64,000 bases of DNA from Hormiphora californensis (Eukaryota; Animalia; Ctenophora): assembly GCA_020137815.1 (NCBI GenBank), contig CM035352.1, positions 4,526,001 through 4,590,000 of the forward strand. The letters run 5' to 3'. Both the position numbers and the translations under genes were made by a program. Of the stretch, positions 1 through 22,504 are shown in pieces. The notes below the pieces were generated by a model. The model was not told the DNA's origin, ran no database searches, and worked only from the letters and a program-made list of their open reading frames with translations. The first letter of the stretch is position 1; each line of letters starts with the position of its first letter.

Positions 1-169
1 TTGCGATTCGATGGGCCTCATGGGGATCACATATCTGTTCGTTTCGAACCGTCTAATTACGGGTAAGACATGCAATATAATAATAAGATGCACCGATTCG
101 AAACACGATTCGGACGTGGTTGAAACACCTTTGAAAAATTTTCAAAAAATTTTCAAAAAATTGTTGGGG

Positions 170-238
170 GAAATTTATCCTGCCGTTAAATCGGGGTGCC
201 GCTAAATCGGGGGCCGTTAAATCGGGGTCCGACTGTAC
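170..238. mobile_element. Right end of a Tc1/mariner-type MITE (family 'CAGTCGGACCCCGATTT')
   Basis: Ends ...aaatcggggtccgactg|ta, the same terminus as complete copies at 33799, 38010 and 59561. Confidence 0.7.
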
Positions 239-480
239 ATACCGATGGAATTTTTTAGGAATGGACATTGGACACCCAAACGTCATAGAACTTAAAAATA
301 CAAGAAGCCATGCTCATTATGAATTATATATATGTGGGTGGCTGGAGTGGGGGGTTTTATGTCAAATTTAGGTAATGACGTCATTTTGTTACGAGACCTT
401 TTATTTGATGCCAACAAGGACACAAAGTAGAGAAAACAACACGCATTACTCCAGCCCACACAAACACTGATTACACTTAC

Positions 481-2373
481 TTGCTAAGCTGTTCAAGAAA
501 CGTTGCAGGAGGGGGAGGGGGAGGAGTCACACCTGCAGCACTATCTGTAGTTTGTTGGTCAAGAGGGGCTACAGTATCTTCAGTAGGATGGTCAGGAGCT
601 ACATTCTCTTCCTTTGGGGTCTTGTTCAGTGTTTCAGGGATGTACCAAAATGTAACATTTGATATAGCTGCACAAGGGAGCAGTGGTTAAGTTGATATCA
701 GTTACACTCCCTTGTCTTGTTTGTAGCCAACTCTTCAATTATATGCTCTCAGCCCCCAGGCCCGGTATTGGCCGTACCCCCCATCCCTCTCCCCAAAAAT
801 GTATGCTGAGAGAATACATCTCTAAGTGAAAGTAAAGAGGCCTCTAAAGGGTCGGTTACTAACGTACCAAGAAAACAAAGGCCGCACAGTGTGGAGCTAA
901 TGTAGAAACAAGATTGTTTAGGAAGTTCTGCTGTAAGGAGGGGTCCAATCATAAATGCAAATCCGCTCATACTGTTGATGGTACTGATAAACTGTGTCCT
1001 ATCAACACCTGTAATTAAAATGTTATTAAGTAAGTCTGGGATTTCTTTGTTTAACCATGAGAGTTTACCGGTGGTGTGATCGCAAGTCTTATCGAAAACA
1101 GTATTATATGGGGTGTGGTATTGTTTTACCAGTCTCGGGGCGCACCCCTCGGTGCGCTAGTTGAATAAATTGTGAATTGTTATTGTCCTTCAAGCGGGAT
1201 CGCTGATGATCACTGATGATTGAGATATTATATATTGAGAGCATTTTATCATAATATTTGCATAAGAAACGAGTCTCCCTCAATTATATACCTTTACAAA
1301 CGTCTCCCCCGATAATCTTCATGTTTGACTGTGTGTGTTTGAACATTCCTAGCAGAGATCGAACTGCCAGGAGGAAAATGAAGGAGCGTGCACGTGCTAG
1401 GGCTAGATAGAGGACTGTCAGAATGAAGGATGAGATTATCATGGTGTTCCGTCGACCAAACTTGTCACAACAAAGACCCTGTGGGTGTATGGTGTCAGTA
1501 ACAGCCTGTGCCATGGCCCATGTGGGTGTATGGTGTTAGTAACACCCTGTACCATGGCCCATGTGGGTGTATGGTGTTAGTAACACCCTGTGGGTGTATG
1601 GTGTTAGTAACAGCCTGTGGGTGTATGGTGTCAGTAACAGCCTGTGGGTGTATGGTGTTAGTAACAGCCTGTGGGTGTATGGTGTCAGTACCAACCTGTG
1701 GGTGTTATAAGTTACATGAATTATAAAACGGAAAGTCTGCCGATTGAATGGCCAACGATCTACCGATTGAATGACAGAAGGTACTGAAGCTTAAATACGT
1801 ACTACAAGCTACGTACATGTGGTGTTGAACTGAGAAGTTGTATGGCACCGTAAGAGGAAGATATCAGCCCAGTGACTGTATGAGAAGCCCCTGTCTCTCT
1901 AATTCTCATTCCTATCTGAGGAGCTACCAGAGACACCCCTAGGTAATCCTGAGAGGGGATGGAGTTAGTTAGATAACTAACTTACCAAAAATAATCCAAA
2001 TTTGTTTGGAGCAACCGCCTAGCCTTGGTTTGGGGAGGTCTTGATGGTACTATACATTAGGCCTAGTGAACTAAAACTATAATAATCGTCTGTCAAAGCA
2101 TTGGCCTGACCCTATTCTCATTCGCGAGAACTATGGTCAGAACATTGGCGGTAGTAGTTGGAATCCTGTGAAACGAGCACAAGCAATGACGTCACAGGTG
2201 ATGACGTCACTGGTCAGAACATTGGCGGTGACAGATATAATCGTGTGATTTACAAAGATTTTACAAGATTTTACAAGACTTACAAATTAGTTTCGGTATA
2301 CATAACTCACCACAAATGATAGGATGGTAAGTCGGGCGGTGATCCCTGATGCACTTGCTTTCACGCTCGCCAT
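481..2373 (-). CDS. MFSD9: MFS transporter, MFSD9-like; multi-exon, 3' end probably runs off the window. Exons ~2311-2373, 1817-1948, ~1300-1478, ~750-1008, 481-~667
   Basis: Spliced translation MASVKASASGITARLTILSFV|DYLGVSLVAPQIGMRIRETGASHTVTGLISSSYGAIQLLSSTPH|GLCCDKFGRR...LLGMFKHTQ. Contains MFS motif A (DKFGRR), the MFSD9-type GxFKHT and GFAFMIGP. GT-AG junctions seen. Confidence 0.8.
1478..1705. repeat. ~27-bp minisatellite (ctgtgggtgtatggtgttagtaacagc) starting at a splice acceptor
   Basis: About 7-8 copies; the first copy contains the CAG acceptor of the MFSD9 exon. Confidence 0.9.
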
Positions 2374-2903
2374 CACAATTCACAGTGTACATATAATTAT
2401 ATTAGCTGAAATTAATAACTGTTTTGATTAGTCACATAGTGCTAGCTGCAAGTCAGATACAATGATATATACTGGCAAATTACCACTTATAAAAGCTTGT
2501 TTTGAAAATAAGGTTTGATATCAAATTAAATAATATACACAATATTTACACGTAACTTAAAATATACGGTGTAACTGAATGTATGGGTGGTCTTGTTCTA
2601 ACCTTCCGCTACAATGTGAGAGAAAGGATCGAGCAAGATAAGGATGGACTATGGTCTTGTAAAATATTACTCAAACAAAACTTTAGCTTGTCATGAAACT
2701 TTATACTTTTCTCTAAGATCCAGCATGTAAAATGTTATGTTCCCCCTCGCGAAAAGGGGCCGAGCTAGGCAACATGTAAATTTCCACACATTATTAGAAT
2801 TTAGAGTCTGAGCATTAATATTCTAACTTCTCTCAAATAAGAGCACACGAGAAAAGAACATGTGGTCAGACCATTGTCCTGTCAATTTAAAACTATCACA
2901 CTA

Positions 2904-5327
2904 TTATAACACCAATAACACTACATACAACAAAACAACTGACACCATTGTTGTCGGTCCAGTCCCTGAAGTTATAGGATAGAAAAAGTTTCTGGGTAGG
3001 ATGACAGTTGTAGTGGGATGAACCATGAAACGGTCAGATTGTGTGGCGGTTTGGTAGATAAACTGGACACTGTTAGATAGGATGAGGTGCTGCTGGATAA
3101 CACACGGCTCACTTGTACACAGCAATACCACACCTGTATAAGGTGGGGGGTTAGCAAGATCGATTATAGTATCCCTAATATACCGGGAAGATAATGACAA
3201 GTTAGGCACAGCTTTTATTCTGGATATTCTGCATGCTCTTCTTTAGGAGAGAGAGGCCCTCTCTGAGAGGGTCGAGCAAGGTTCACTTACTTTGTTTACT
3301 GTATTCAGCCCGTACATTGGTAATAACAGACTGGGGGTTCTCCAGGTTTCCTACCCGGGTGTAAAACACCTTGTAGGTCACGTGAGTTGTGACGTCATAG
3401 CATGTGACGTCAGATGAGGCTCCCAGGGAGGGTTTGGTGGGTTCCGTTACAACATGCACCCACTGAGTTGAGTCAGAGATACTAGCGTTGCCATGGATAC
3501 CTGGGGGAGATGGGGATGGTTAGAACTTGCTACATGTGTCCCTCATTGACGGTAGAAAACGTCAATAGAAAATTCAATGTTGTGGAGGGCCTGGCATTGA
3601 TATTGGAGATAGAACACGCCATTTAAAGTGAGAGTGGACCGGATCAGAATTGGACAAGTTTGTTGTAGGTAGTAGAGAATATATCTCTCTGAGCATTTTG
3701 CCTTTTTGCCGCTCAAAATCGACCCACCCATCACTGAGATATTTTTGTTATGTTGGGAGAATTCCTGCTGGATCAGTATTTATCAAACAGGATAGAAACA
3801 ATCCTTGTGTTTTACTAACACATTCTTTAAATTTTTAATATGCTGGCTTGCATTGCCCTGCTTCTGTGCATGGACATGTCAACCTCACTGCTTGTATTCA
3901 GAATGTGTTAGTAAAACACTACGATTGTTTCTATTCTGTTTTATACATACTGATTAAACAGGAGTTCTCCCAACATAACAAAAATATCTCAGTGATGGGT
4001 GGGTCGATTTTGAGCGGCAAAAACGCAAAATGCTCAGAAAGCTACTCTCTACTACCTACAACAAACTTGTCCAATTCTGATTCGGTCCACTCTCACTTTA
4101 AATGGAAATCACGGTGTAGAGGCATGCAACTAAACCTAGGTATCCCTTACCTACGACAGCTCCTGTTGGTAAGCTCATCGCATCACCCGTCACATTCTTC
4201 AGTTTATCACACCATTTCTCACTGTCAGCCTTGACTACGGGGTATCTGTAGAACTGTAAAGATAACCTACATCCCTCATACTGGCCCACCCCAAACTCGA
4301 TCTCTTTTCTGTTGAACACCACACAGTCTGGAGATGAGAAGAGAGCCAGGGGTCGCTGAGATGGTACCGAGCTCATCACAACTGTACTAGCATTAACTAG
4401 CACACCGCTAAGAAGAGGTGACCGGGTTGGGTATCCGAAATTCCCTGATTTTCGGAGTGCATCCACCGTGGGTTTATAGGAAACTGAGAACAACTGGGAG
4501 AGTTCAGATGTGGATGTGCCGGTGAGAGTTACAGTAACAGATGCGCTGATAAGTGTCATTGTGGTGTTATCAATTGTGAGCACTATCTCCACACTCTTGA
4601 CAACATTTGTACATACCCCAGCCCCACTAAGAGAAGGGGTTGCTTCAACACACTCACTAACAGCTCCTGTCGCTGGATCCTCACACATGTACGTGGTAGA
4701 GGAGGTTAAATCGAGAGGAGTGGTGGACTCGGGTGATGGACGTAGAGGTGATGAGAGGTATGTTGCTGAATCGAGAATGGTTTCAGCAGCACAAAGGGTA
4801 GTTAGATCCATACCAACTCGTCTACATACTGATGAAGTTTCACTGTAGAAAAGAATTGGACCCATCCCACACTGGACCCCACTGTATTGTCTAGGAAACA
4901 GGAACGGAATGGAAGTATTAGTCGACTCTTCAACTGCAATCAGCACATCTGTATTCGTGTACTGAGACCCAGTACTAGCTAAACTCACCTCACTCCTGCT
5001 CCAACCCTCAACCGCTACAGTCTCTCCACCAGTTTCATTCTGCAGCACTGTAAAGATACTCCGGGATAAATCCAGACATGTTAGAGATGAGGAGCATGTC
5101 CGTTGAGAGGTGTATGTGCCTGTGTCGGCATTCTGAATTAGCGTGTCTTGGCAGCAGAGTTGGGTGTCGGAGAGTGGGAAGGGAGGGCAGGTGAATGAGA
5201 GGAGTTGGTCGGTGGTACAGAGAGGATCACAGCAGCAGTTTGTGTCACACTGGGAGGGGAGGGTGTCGCATGGGCACTGGAGGGTGAGGGCGAGGGAGGG
5301 GAGGAGGAGGAGGGTTAGGAGTAGCAT
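2904..5327 (-). CDS. Tectonic family protein A (TCTN1/3-like ciliary transition-zone protein). Exons ~4151-5327, 3291-3500, 2904-3228
   Basis: Signal peptide MLLLTLLLLPSLA, CPCDTLPSQCDTNCCCDPLC tectonic motif, RKSGNFGY, VGNLENPQ, LPRNFFYP and a hydrophobic C-terminus. Confidence 0.9.
3621..4103. mobile_element. MITE with ~145-bp terminal inverted repeats in a tectonic intron
   Basis: atttaaagtgagagtggacc... (3621-3767) is the reverse complement of ...ggtccactctcactttaaat (3959-4103). Confidence 0.85.
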
Positions 5328-5956
5328 ATTACATCCTAGTAGAAATGTGAGAATTAGAGGGATTAAACATTAAACAAAGGAGGTACATGAACAATAAAAT
5401 ATGGCTTGTTAATTTACACGGTAAATTATCATACATGTGATAATATAATACGACTGTACAAGATTCTGTCAATAATATAACTTTTTTTTTAACCGGCTAA
5501 CCCCGTGCTAGAGCTCTCTGTTGATCTCGGACCAAGGGACAGGATATCTATCTTGTCATCAATCTACTAAACTCGCTATAATGCAATGCTCCCTCAATTT
5601 ATTTGTGGTTGAGCTCTCTTGTGGATCTGAGGACACGTACGACGTCTGGTTTTGAGGAACAATGATCAAAATGGAATACAGATTACACACTCCAAGAAAG
5701 GGAAATGGTTGATGTACTTTGAAACTGGGGAATCTAAAGGTCCAAGATACGAAGATGTGACGTGAAATGGAGCTACTAATTCTAACTAGGAACGTTTGAC
5801 TGACTGTTTTTATGAAGGAGTCATACTTTATCCCAATTCATTCTCATTTTGATCTTTGTCTACTGATGATTGGTGCCTCCTCGTGGGGCACCATGAAACA
5901 TGTGTATAGACCTTAAAAACTGCTGTTGTTTTTAATTTGTATAACTTTTTTTTAAG

Positions 5957-8900
5957 TTAAAACTTTGGTCCAAACTGCTGCCTTGATGGTGCTATAGCAT
6001 ACACAGTCCCTGCTAACACTAACAACAGCGTATTAAACAACCCCTGGGTGGATGTCACATACTCCCAACCTTTGCACCACCCATCTTGACACCTGTTACC
6101 ATGGTTACCACCCGACACCTCCTTCCACACCATAACACCTGACACCATATAGGTGTCACCCGCCATCACCATGACATCACCGTACTCCATTTTATAGCTG
6201 ACAGAGGTGACGTTATAACCCGCCCCGGACATGTTATAGAACTGGGCCTCGATGATAACTCGAGAGGGCAGGTAGTTGCACAGATCAAGTCCCGTGGTAT
6301 TCAGGGGTGATGTTTCGAGAACTGTCACTGTTGACTCTGAGTCCGGTGTTGGGAGGATGTCACTTGAATTTGAGATAATCGGTGTGTATTGAGCGAGGAG
6401 GGAGGTGTATAAATCAGAGCAGGTTGTAAAAGTAATACTGCTTGATCGGCACTGGAAGACAGTGGATATACCCAATTTAGGAGCGTTCTTTGCAACATTA
6501 TCACAATCCCCATACACGGTAGGGACGGCAAGATTACCACTCTCAACCACTACCTCATCTCCTACATCATATGCAGAAGGGGTGGTTTGGGTTGTCACAT
6601 CGTGTCCCATTTGAAAGTCAATATTGAACGCCACCACGACCTCACTCCCAATCACCCCGGATAGATCAGATACCACTATATCGGCTGTGATATCGATTAC
6701 ATCACTACCACTCATGGTGATGATGTAGGTGACAGAGGTGACAGAGTAGGTACACGTGGTGTCACGCAGGATGGACGATGTAAGATGGGTTATTGGGAAT
6801 GAGGCTCCGTTGTAATAGCGGACTGAGACAGGTGCAGATATCGAATCCTGTTCGTTTGTGTAGACTTGCATAAACCTAAAGGGTAGGTTGTGTTACCAGT
6901 AGATAGGATACAGGATACATATATAACATGATTATCTTGACTTCATAAACTTTAATATTTCAAACAGTAGTCAATATTTGGAAGTCAAACTACAACTACG
7001 ACTAAACCCGTGTTTTCTGCATTTTTTCCCTGCCCGGGTGAATGCCGAAGGCATTCACCCGGATGCCTTTTTACTTTGTAAAAAGGCATAGCAGGGTTAG
7101 AATTCGAAAACGACATTTTGGTATACTAACTAATCGGTAGAGGGACATTTTTTGGTCACACTTTCGTTGCGAGGGCAACGGTGTAGCAACTACATAGAGC
7201 CGTGCGCACAGTGACGAGCTACTCCTTCATCAAACACCTCATTGACACAGTGTGATGGACGTGTGTGCGCGCGCCACTCAACAAAACATGAAATGCTCTG
7301 CCGCGTGTTTCGCGTGTTACATACACATTTTCATCTTGCGAGTCGAGTGTGAGATGTTAGATAAGTAGTTAAGTTGGAATGTCAAAAGCTGGTTAGCAAG
7401 TGTCATGTGATTGGGAGTTAGCTAACTCTAAGCTATGTGAGAAGTATACTGACAGCTAGATCGTATGCATCTCACATTACATTATGACCAAGCCTTGATC
7501 CTGTTGGCACTGGCAGTGACAATGTCACTGACATGTGAAACGGTAGGGCAGGGAAACACAGCATTATGAATACATAATGCAATAATTCTTGTTGTGCTAG
7601 CTCCCACGAAAGTGGTAGAGCAATTTACAAGGACAAGCTTTTATAAATCGAAGTTAAACTACATTACCTTAGAGCAGGGTTAACATCAGCAGAAGTTGGG
7701 GTCAGATACAAGGTGGGGTGAAGTAGTGAGTTAGTACCACAACTAACTACAACATTGCACCGCCCCTCTCGGCTCTCAAATAGCCTGACAGGTACAATAG
7801 GGACACACAGAGAACCTGGTAGACTACCAGGGAGGGAGAGGAACCCAGACCCAGAGGGGCTGTGGGTTAGGATGTGGTTACCAACACCGACAATATTTGA
7901 TTGAAGGACATCTTCTATACCAGTGCCACGGTAGTACGAATCTGATTCAGCACTGAAAAATATTGAAAGATCGGGTTTGATTTTGTAGTCGGGTCTAAAA
8001 TGGTAATTTATATTTCTCTCCCTTCATTCCCGCTCTCAATAATTTATTTTTTACGCACACAAACATATACTATCTTACATGCTAAAAAGTCAGGAAACTA
8101 ACGTTTGGTTGGAATAATGGAAGTATTGGCCAAGATAGGCTGAGTTAGATTTCCTCACGCACAGCGCCTTTTCCCAGGGAGTAAGGAAGTTTAGTGTCGA
8201 ACAAAGGGGCGATATAGAAACATCAAGATCACCGGCTATAGCACCACTTAGTTTATCAACAAAGCCTTCCACCTGCAAAAATGTGGACCGTTAAAAAAAC
8301 CTAAGTCACTAATTAGTTGGTACTAAACCTACTAATGACTTGGTAATTACCCATTAATTACTTGTTAATCACCTGGTCAGTAGAACAATCAGTGTCACAC
8401 CCGCATCCCCAATCACAGAACCCACTGGTCACATCACATCCACATTGCACGTCAATATATCCACTCAAATCAAGCACTGAGCCGGATAGAGTACTCTCAA
8501 CGCCCTGCCTGTACTCAAAAACAAAACTAGCAGATAAGACTGATGTTGCTGAACAGGATAGTTGGTAGAATCCCTCAGCGGGATACGGTTTAGACACCGA
8601 TATAGTCGTTCCCTCAATCTCTGGTAGATTTGTTACTGTCCCATCGACAGTTGTCACATAATCCACCACCTCAACAGCAGCAACACTGCATGTGATGGTG
8701 GAGTTTGTAGAGGGGTAAATGAAGACCTCGTAATGTCCCGCCTGGTACGGAGAGATGTAGGAAAACTGAGGAGTCAGGTGAATCTTGGGCACCCAAACAG
8801 TAATTTCTTGGTTGAAATCGAGGTCTGAGTTGGCTGAAAAGGCACAAGAAAGTTTACAGGAACATGATTGCAAGGTGCACGATGTAGAAGTTGGAGTTAA

Positions 8901-9362
8901 GGAAAAGGTGTCCTCAGCAGATGCGATGTTTTTGCCATTAAGTGTAAGAACAGTCTCACAGCTGCAGTTCAGTGTCCCCGAACTTACTGATACAGACGAT
9001 TTGATAACAACCGGTGTGACTGTTGTGACGATGTCAGTGACGAGGGCGGAGGTAGATTCCACGAGAACAAGAAATGAAGTCGATACAAGACTACCAGACG
9101 AGCAAGATACACTGTAACTACCCACTGTTGTTGTATTTGTGGTCACTGATATGTTTTCTAACCCTGTATTGTCTGTGGTAAGCTGAGTGACATCGGGAAA
9201 TGCCGTGCTGGTGCATTGTATTGTCTGAGCCTGGGAGAAACTGTAGCTGAGGGGTAGTTCTATCGAAGATGTTGACTTTTCAGCAATAACATCGGTTGCG
9301 TGGATGTAAAAGGACTCGACAGAGGCTATAAAAACCGCTAGAAAGGCGGCGAAGACACTCAT
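5957..9362 (-). CDS. Tectonic family protein B with long Ser/Thr-rich N-terminal extension (TCTN2-like). Exons 8373-9362, ~8104-8272, ~7668-7952, 5957-6875
   Basis: Signal peptide MSVFAAFLAVFIASVES, CGCDVTSGFCDWGCGCDTDC tectonic motif after ~310 aa, PWEKALCVRKSNSAYLGQYF and a C-terminal TM segment (LFNTLLLVLAGTVYAI). Confidence 0.8.
7024..7557. mobile_element. Putative non-autonomous DNA element with short TIRs and a subterminal hairpin
   Basis: tttccctgccc ... gggcagggaaa ends; hairpin ccgggtgaatgcc-gaa-ggcattcacccgg next to the left end. Confidence 0.45.
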
Positions 9363-9430
9363 TTCATGACCAGAAGAAAGCAAACGGGAGTTTTTGAAAT
9401 TTTGATTCTTTCGCAAAGCAATTTTCTAAA

Positions 9431-9652
9431 TAGTGGAAGCTCTTACGGTATTTCCCACGCCCCGTGGGAAAGATTTTGACCGTGGGAAAGTTTTCAAACC
9501 GTGGGAAAAGAGAGATACATACAATAACTTTAAAAAAATAATTATTTTTTGTATGTTATTGTATGTATCTCTCTTTTCCCACGGTTTGAAAACTTTCCCA
9601 CGGTCAAAAAATTTCCCACGGGGCGTGGGAAATACCGTAAGAGCTTCCACTA
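9431..9652. mobile_element. Near-perfect 222-bp palindromic (foldback) MITE
   Basis: tagtggaagctcttacggtatttcccacg... mirrored by ...cgtgggaaataccgtaagagcttccacta; the ORF track gives almost identical peptides on both strands. Confidence 0.9.
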
Positions 9653-10583
9653 AAAATGCTTTTTGAAAAATAATGCGCGCGGTCGAAGCCATTTAAATTA
9701 CAAAATTTAGCGCGTTCCGTTACTTTCTACAATATGCCACTTTTTGAAACTGGCCGGCTCTTTGAAAAATTTGACCGACTCTTTCAAAAATAAAGGATAA
9801 GAAGAATTATCAAGACCGTGAATTAATTAATTTATTGTTTCTGTTTTTACCACTCTACTGACCTGGATCGTGTGTCGAAACTCTTTCAAAAATTAAAAAT
9901 ATTTAGCTATCATTTGAGAACTTCAGCGGTCAGCCCTGGAATGTGCTGCTGGCTGCAGTTAATCGGTAATCCGCCTTCATACATAAAGGGGTCCTACCGC
10001 AGCTACCCCTATATTGGTCTGTTACACGCACATTACATGTGCAAAAGAACAAAGTAGCAGGGTTTAGAAATCTCGGATTTTTGGTTGAAACTCGCGTGGC
10101 GTAAATGGAAGATCAAGTCACGGTAACAGCAATGAACTTTGTAACACACTCCAAATCAACGTGACACTGTAGAAGACCTTGTTCAAAGTGAGCCCTTTTA
10201 AATGGCGGGATACATTGAATATTCCTGGATTGGTCGCGTGAGGGGATCGCCCTGTGGGCGCACGAACATGAGGGGCGCGACGTGCCCAAATTCCTGGAGT
10301 TCGGACCGACCCACGGTGACTGGATAGTGGATACACTTGCCAGTTTCCTGCCGCCAGAAAAATAACCGAATTCTACATAGGGCACAAATATCTACCAGAG
10401 AGGGAGTCGGGACTATGTGAAGAGTTGTCAGTTGACCCTTGGTACTCAGACAGTCAGACAATTAATTCAATAAAATTTGTATACATTGTATTGACTAAAA
10501 ATTAGTAAACAGTAGTAAACTAAAAAGGTAAGCCTATCAAAGAAATCAATTTGAACTACTTTTAAACCCGCCCCGCTGTCTTT

Positions 10584-17351
<6,768 letters not shown>

Positions 17352-17677
17352 CCAGGATGTGTTTGCTGGACCCTGTTTCACAAAACACTAGGATTTGTAT
17401 CAAATGTACCGTCAATAACAACAAAACACAGCACTTATAAAGACAGTAGTGTTAACAATGTGAAAGCAAATCACTCAAATTATACCACCACTTATAATAA
17501 GAGATAGACCATGTCTTACTTGCTAAATATGCAAATATATATCCCGACCCCGATTTACCGGGTATCCCAATTTACCGGGCAAAACCCTTTCCACGATAAA
17601 TCGGGGTCCGGCTGTATAACAAGAAATACTAATTTTGAATTCTCAACAAAGTCCTCTGTTTACAGCAACTAGCCATC

Positions 17678-19902
<2,225 letters not shown>

Positions 19903-20597
19903 ATCGTTGTTAAAGCCATGTGATATACCTCCTCATGACCTGCAGCTGGGACGATGCTGAGCTGATTCAACTTGTCGCAATGTTTATATCGAATATTTTT
20001 TGTATCTCCTACAGCAACTGTACTACCTCCAATCACCAATAGTGCTCATTTCATAAACTCTCGTCATCATATATTATTTTGTATAATAACTACGAGTGAG
20101 TGAGAGTTGCATCGTGCATATATTTTGTATATCCAATTCCAATTTGACCAATGTGTATTTTGTTATATTTTCTCTGCTGCTGTTCTCTTTGAAATACTGC
20201 GTTGTTATTTGATCTTTATTGGCGGGAGATAGGGAAGTAGATCGCGTCAAAATGTGGCTTTTGATGACAAGATGACTGCACTTTCCGTCAGACGCGGGCC
20301 CGAACATCTTTCGATTGGAGTTCTTGGCGCGAAACTTTGTAACGCGCAAAACTTTACCGCGCAAAATACAGCAATACTGGTGCGCGCCTATATTTTTATC
20401 AAGTTCAAATCTTCAAAACTCGAACTTTTCAGAAAGTTAAACGATTTTTAAAAATTTCGTTTTTACTTTTTTGTCCGCAATTTTTCTACTTTTGCGGTCT
20501 GTCCGTGATCCTTGGACCTTCGAAACTGTGGCAATCTGTGAGCCTTGCAACTATATTTAACCCTACTACCTCGCAGGGTATTCAGTAGGATGGAATT

Positions 20598-21599
20598 ATG
20601 ATAGGAGCTGTGCGAGAAGAGTACGGATTCGACTGGCCGCCAAACTTTTCAGAGGAAAGACACAGCGAGTATGTCGTCAAGCACACTAGAAAAAAAAATA
20701 AGTACATTTCCCGCTGGAAGGACCTCAATGGAGACTACACTCGTTCACCAAAACTAAAGAAAATGGTCCGCAAAGGAATTCCCCGTCGGTACCGGTTTGA
20801 AGCTTGGATGCAAATCAGTTCTGCTGGCGCTAATATGAAAGCTAATCCTGGTCTCTACGATCGATTAATCGTACGGTGTGCTGAAAAAACTTACAAAAAC
20901 ATAATGAATGAGGCCGATGAAAACAATTTAACGTGTCTAAAACTTGATATTCCTCGAACTTTTCCTGAACACCCTGGGTTCCGGGAACCAGTTATCCGGA
21001 ACAACTGCCAGGACATCTTGATGGCGTTTTGTTTATACCGACCTGAAACGGGTTACTGTCAAGGTTTGAACTATCTGGTAGGAAGTCTCCTGTTAGCTAC
21101 ACAGCATCCTGATGGTGAGCTCAGATCCGAGGAGTGTTTCTGGTTATTGGTGAGTCTAATTGATACAATTCCTGACTATCACACCACGGGAATGAAGGGT
21201 ATTGAACGAGACTGCCGGGTGTTAGAGGCATACTTCAATAAGAAAGTCCCTCAAACGTGGCAACATTTTGCTTCGTTCCGTCTTCCGATACAACTGTTCG
21301 CTGTTAAATGGTTTATCTGTCTCTTTGTGGACGTTCTTCCTTTCCATACTGTTCTGCATGTTTGGGATACCTTCTTCTACGAGGGCAATAAGATACTGTT
21401 CCGGGTGGCTGTCTATCAAATGATTTCACACAAGGACAGTATCAAATCACTTGATGATGAATGTAAACTGGCAACGTATCTAAAGGAAAACTTCAATTGG
21501 GATCCAAAGGCATGGGATAACTATGAGTATATGAAGGGTGTGTTCCAAAAAACTGGGAAAATGTCCAAAGAGAGGCTGGAACAAATGAGACAATCTTGA
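20598..21599 (+). CDS. GRTP1: TBC-domain RabGAP, GRTP1/TBC1D6-like, intronless CDS
   Basis: EYGFDWP, LKKMVRKGIP, LDIPRTFP (arginine finger), YCQGLNY (glutamine finger), EECFWLL, KWFICLF, VWDTFFYEGNKILFRVA; AATAAA downstream at ~21614. Confidence 0.85.
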   Translation: MIGAVREEYGFDWPPNFSEERHSEYVVKHTRKKNKYISRWKDLNGDYTRSPKLKKMVRKGIPRRYRFEAWMQISSAGANMKANPGLYDRLIVRCAEKTYKNIMNEADENNLTCLKLDIPRTFPEHPGFREPVIRNNCQDILMAFCLYRPETGYCQGLNYLVGSLLLATQHPDGELRSEECFWLLVSLIDTIPDYHTTGMKGIERDCRVLEAYFNKKVPQTWQHFASFRLPIQLFAVKWFICLFVDVLPFHTVLHVWDTFFYEGNKILFRVAVYQMISHKDSIKSLDDECKLATYLKENFNWDPKAWDNYEYMKGVFQKTGKMSKERLEQMRQS

Positions 21600-22415
21600 G
21601 AGGGATTTTGTTAAATAAACTTTTATTGTGAATCTTGATTTGAGTTTTAAATTTTAAATTATTTTTGTTCTAATTTTAAATTATAAAACAAGTATAATAA
21701 TTCTAGGTGTTCTGTAAGCTGTGCTATTGAGTAATACCGAGTAAGAGAGAATTGTATGTAATAGACTGCTTTAGGCCACTTTGAATATAATCGCCTTTCC
21801 AAGATCCCCTTGCTGCTCCTACATGATATTGTATGTATCTCACTTTTCTCACAAAAGTTGTATGTATCATTGCTTCTCAGTATTGTTCCCCTAGTAGTAA
21901 TACATCCAGACAGCTTCACTACTCAGCAACCCAAATCCAACACTCAGCCGGTACCTAAATCACATTAGTATTAGGAGAATAAGGAGTAATGTTTCCATAG
22001 AAGCTGTTGTACCTATAACATAAATGAATATTTTATCTCATTACGAGCCTGTGCGAATTATTTTATTATCCCGATATAATATTCAAAACTGTATCATTTT
22101 CGCCCCAAATTAAACCGGATATATGTTTCCTCTTTTTAGACAAATCTTACCTCACGAGACGTTATATATGCTTTCCATCCGTTAATGTACCTCATGTTTT
22201 ATTGTGTGTGTGTGTGTGTAATATGATACGTGTCTTATTGCAGCAGAGTGAATTACCATTCATTTTTCGTGTCGTTACTATTACTCTCTTTCCCCTACCC
22301 GATCCTCCTCCCTCTCTTCATTCACACCCATTACTCAATGCTTTCGTGCGTCATACCCACCCTCTCCAGCTTCTCTTATACCCCTCGGCCAGCTCTTCAG
22401 CTTCTTTCACGTGCT

Positions 22416-22504
<89 letters not shown>

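Noticed and set aside
4510-4848. Antisense ORFs over tectonic, MCRIP-like and SPEF2 exons (e.g. 8785-9117, 24359-25084, 61415-61942)
   Set aside because: Shadow ORFs of real coding exons with no independent features.
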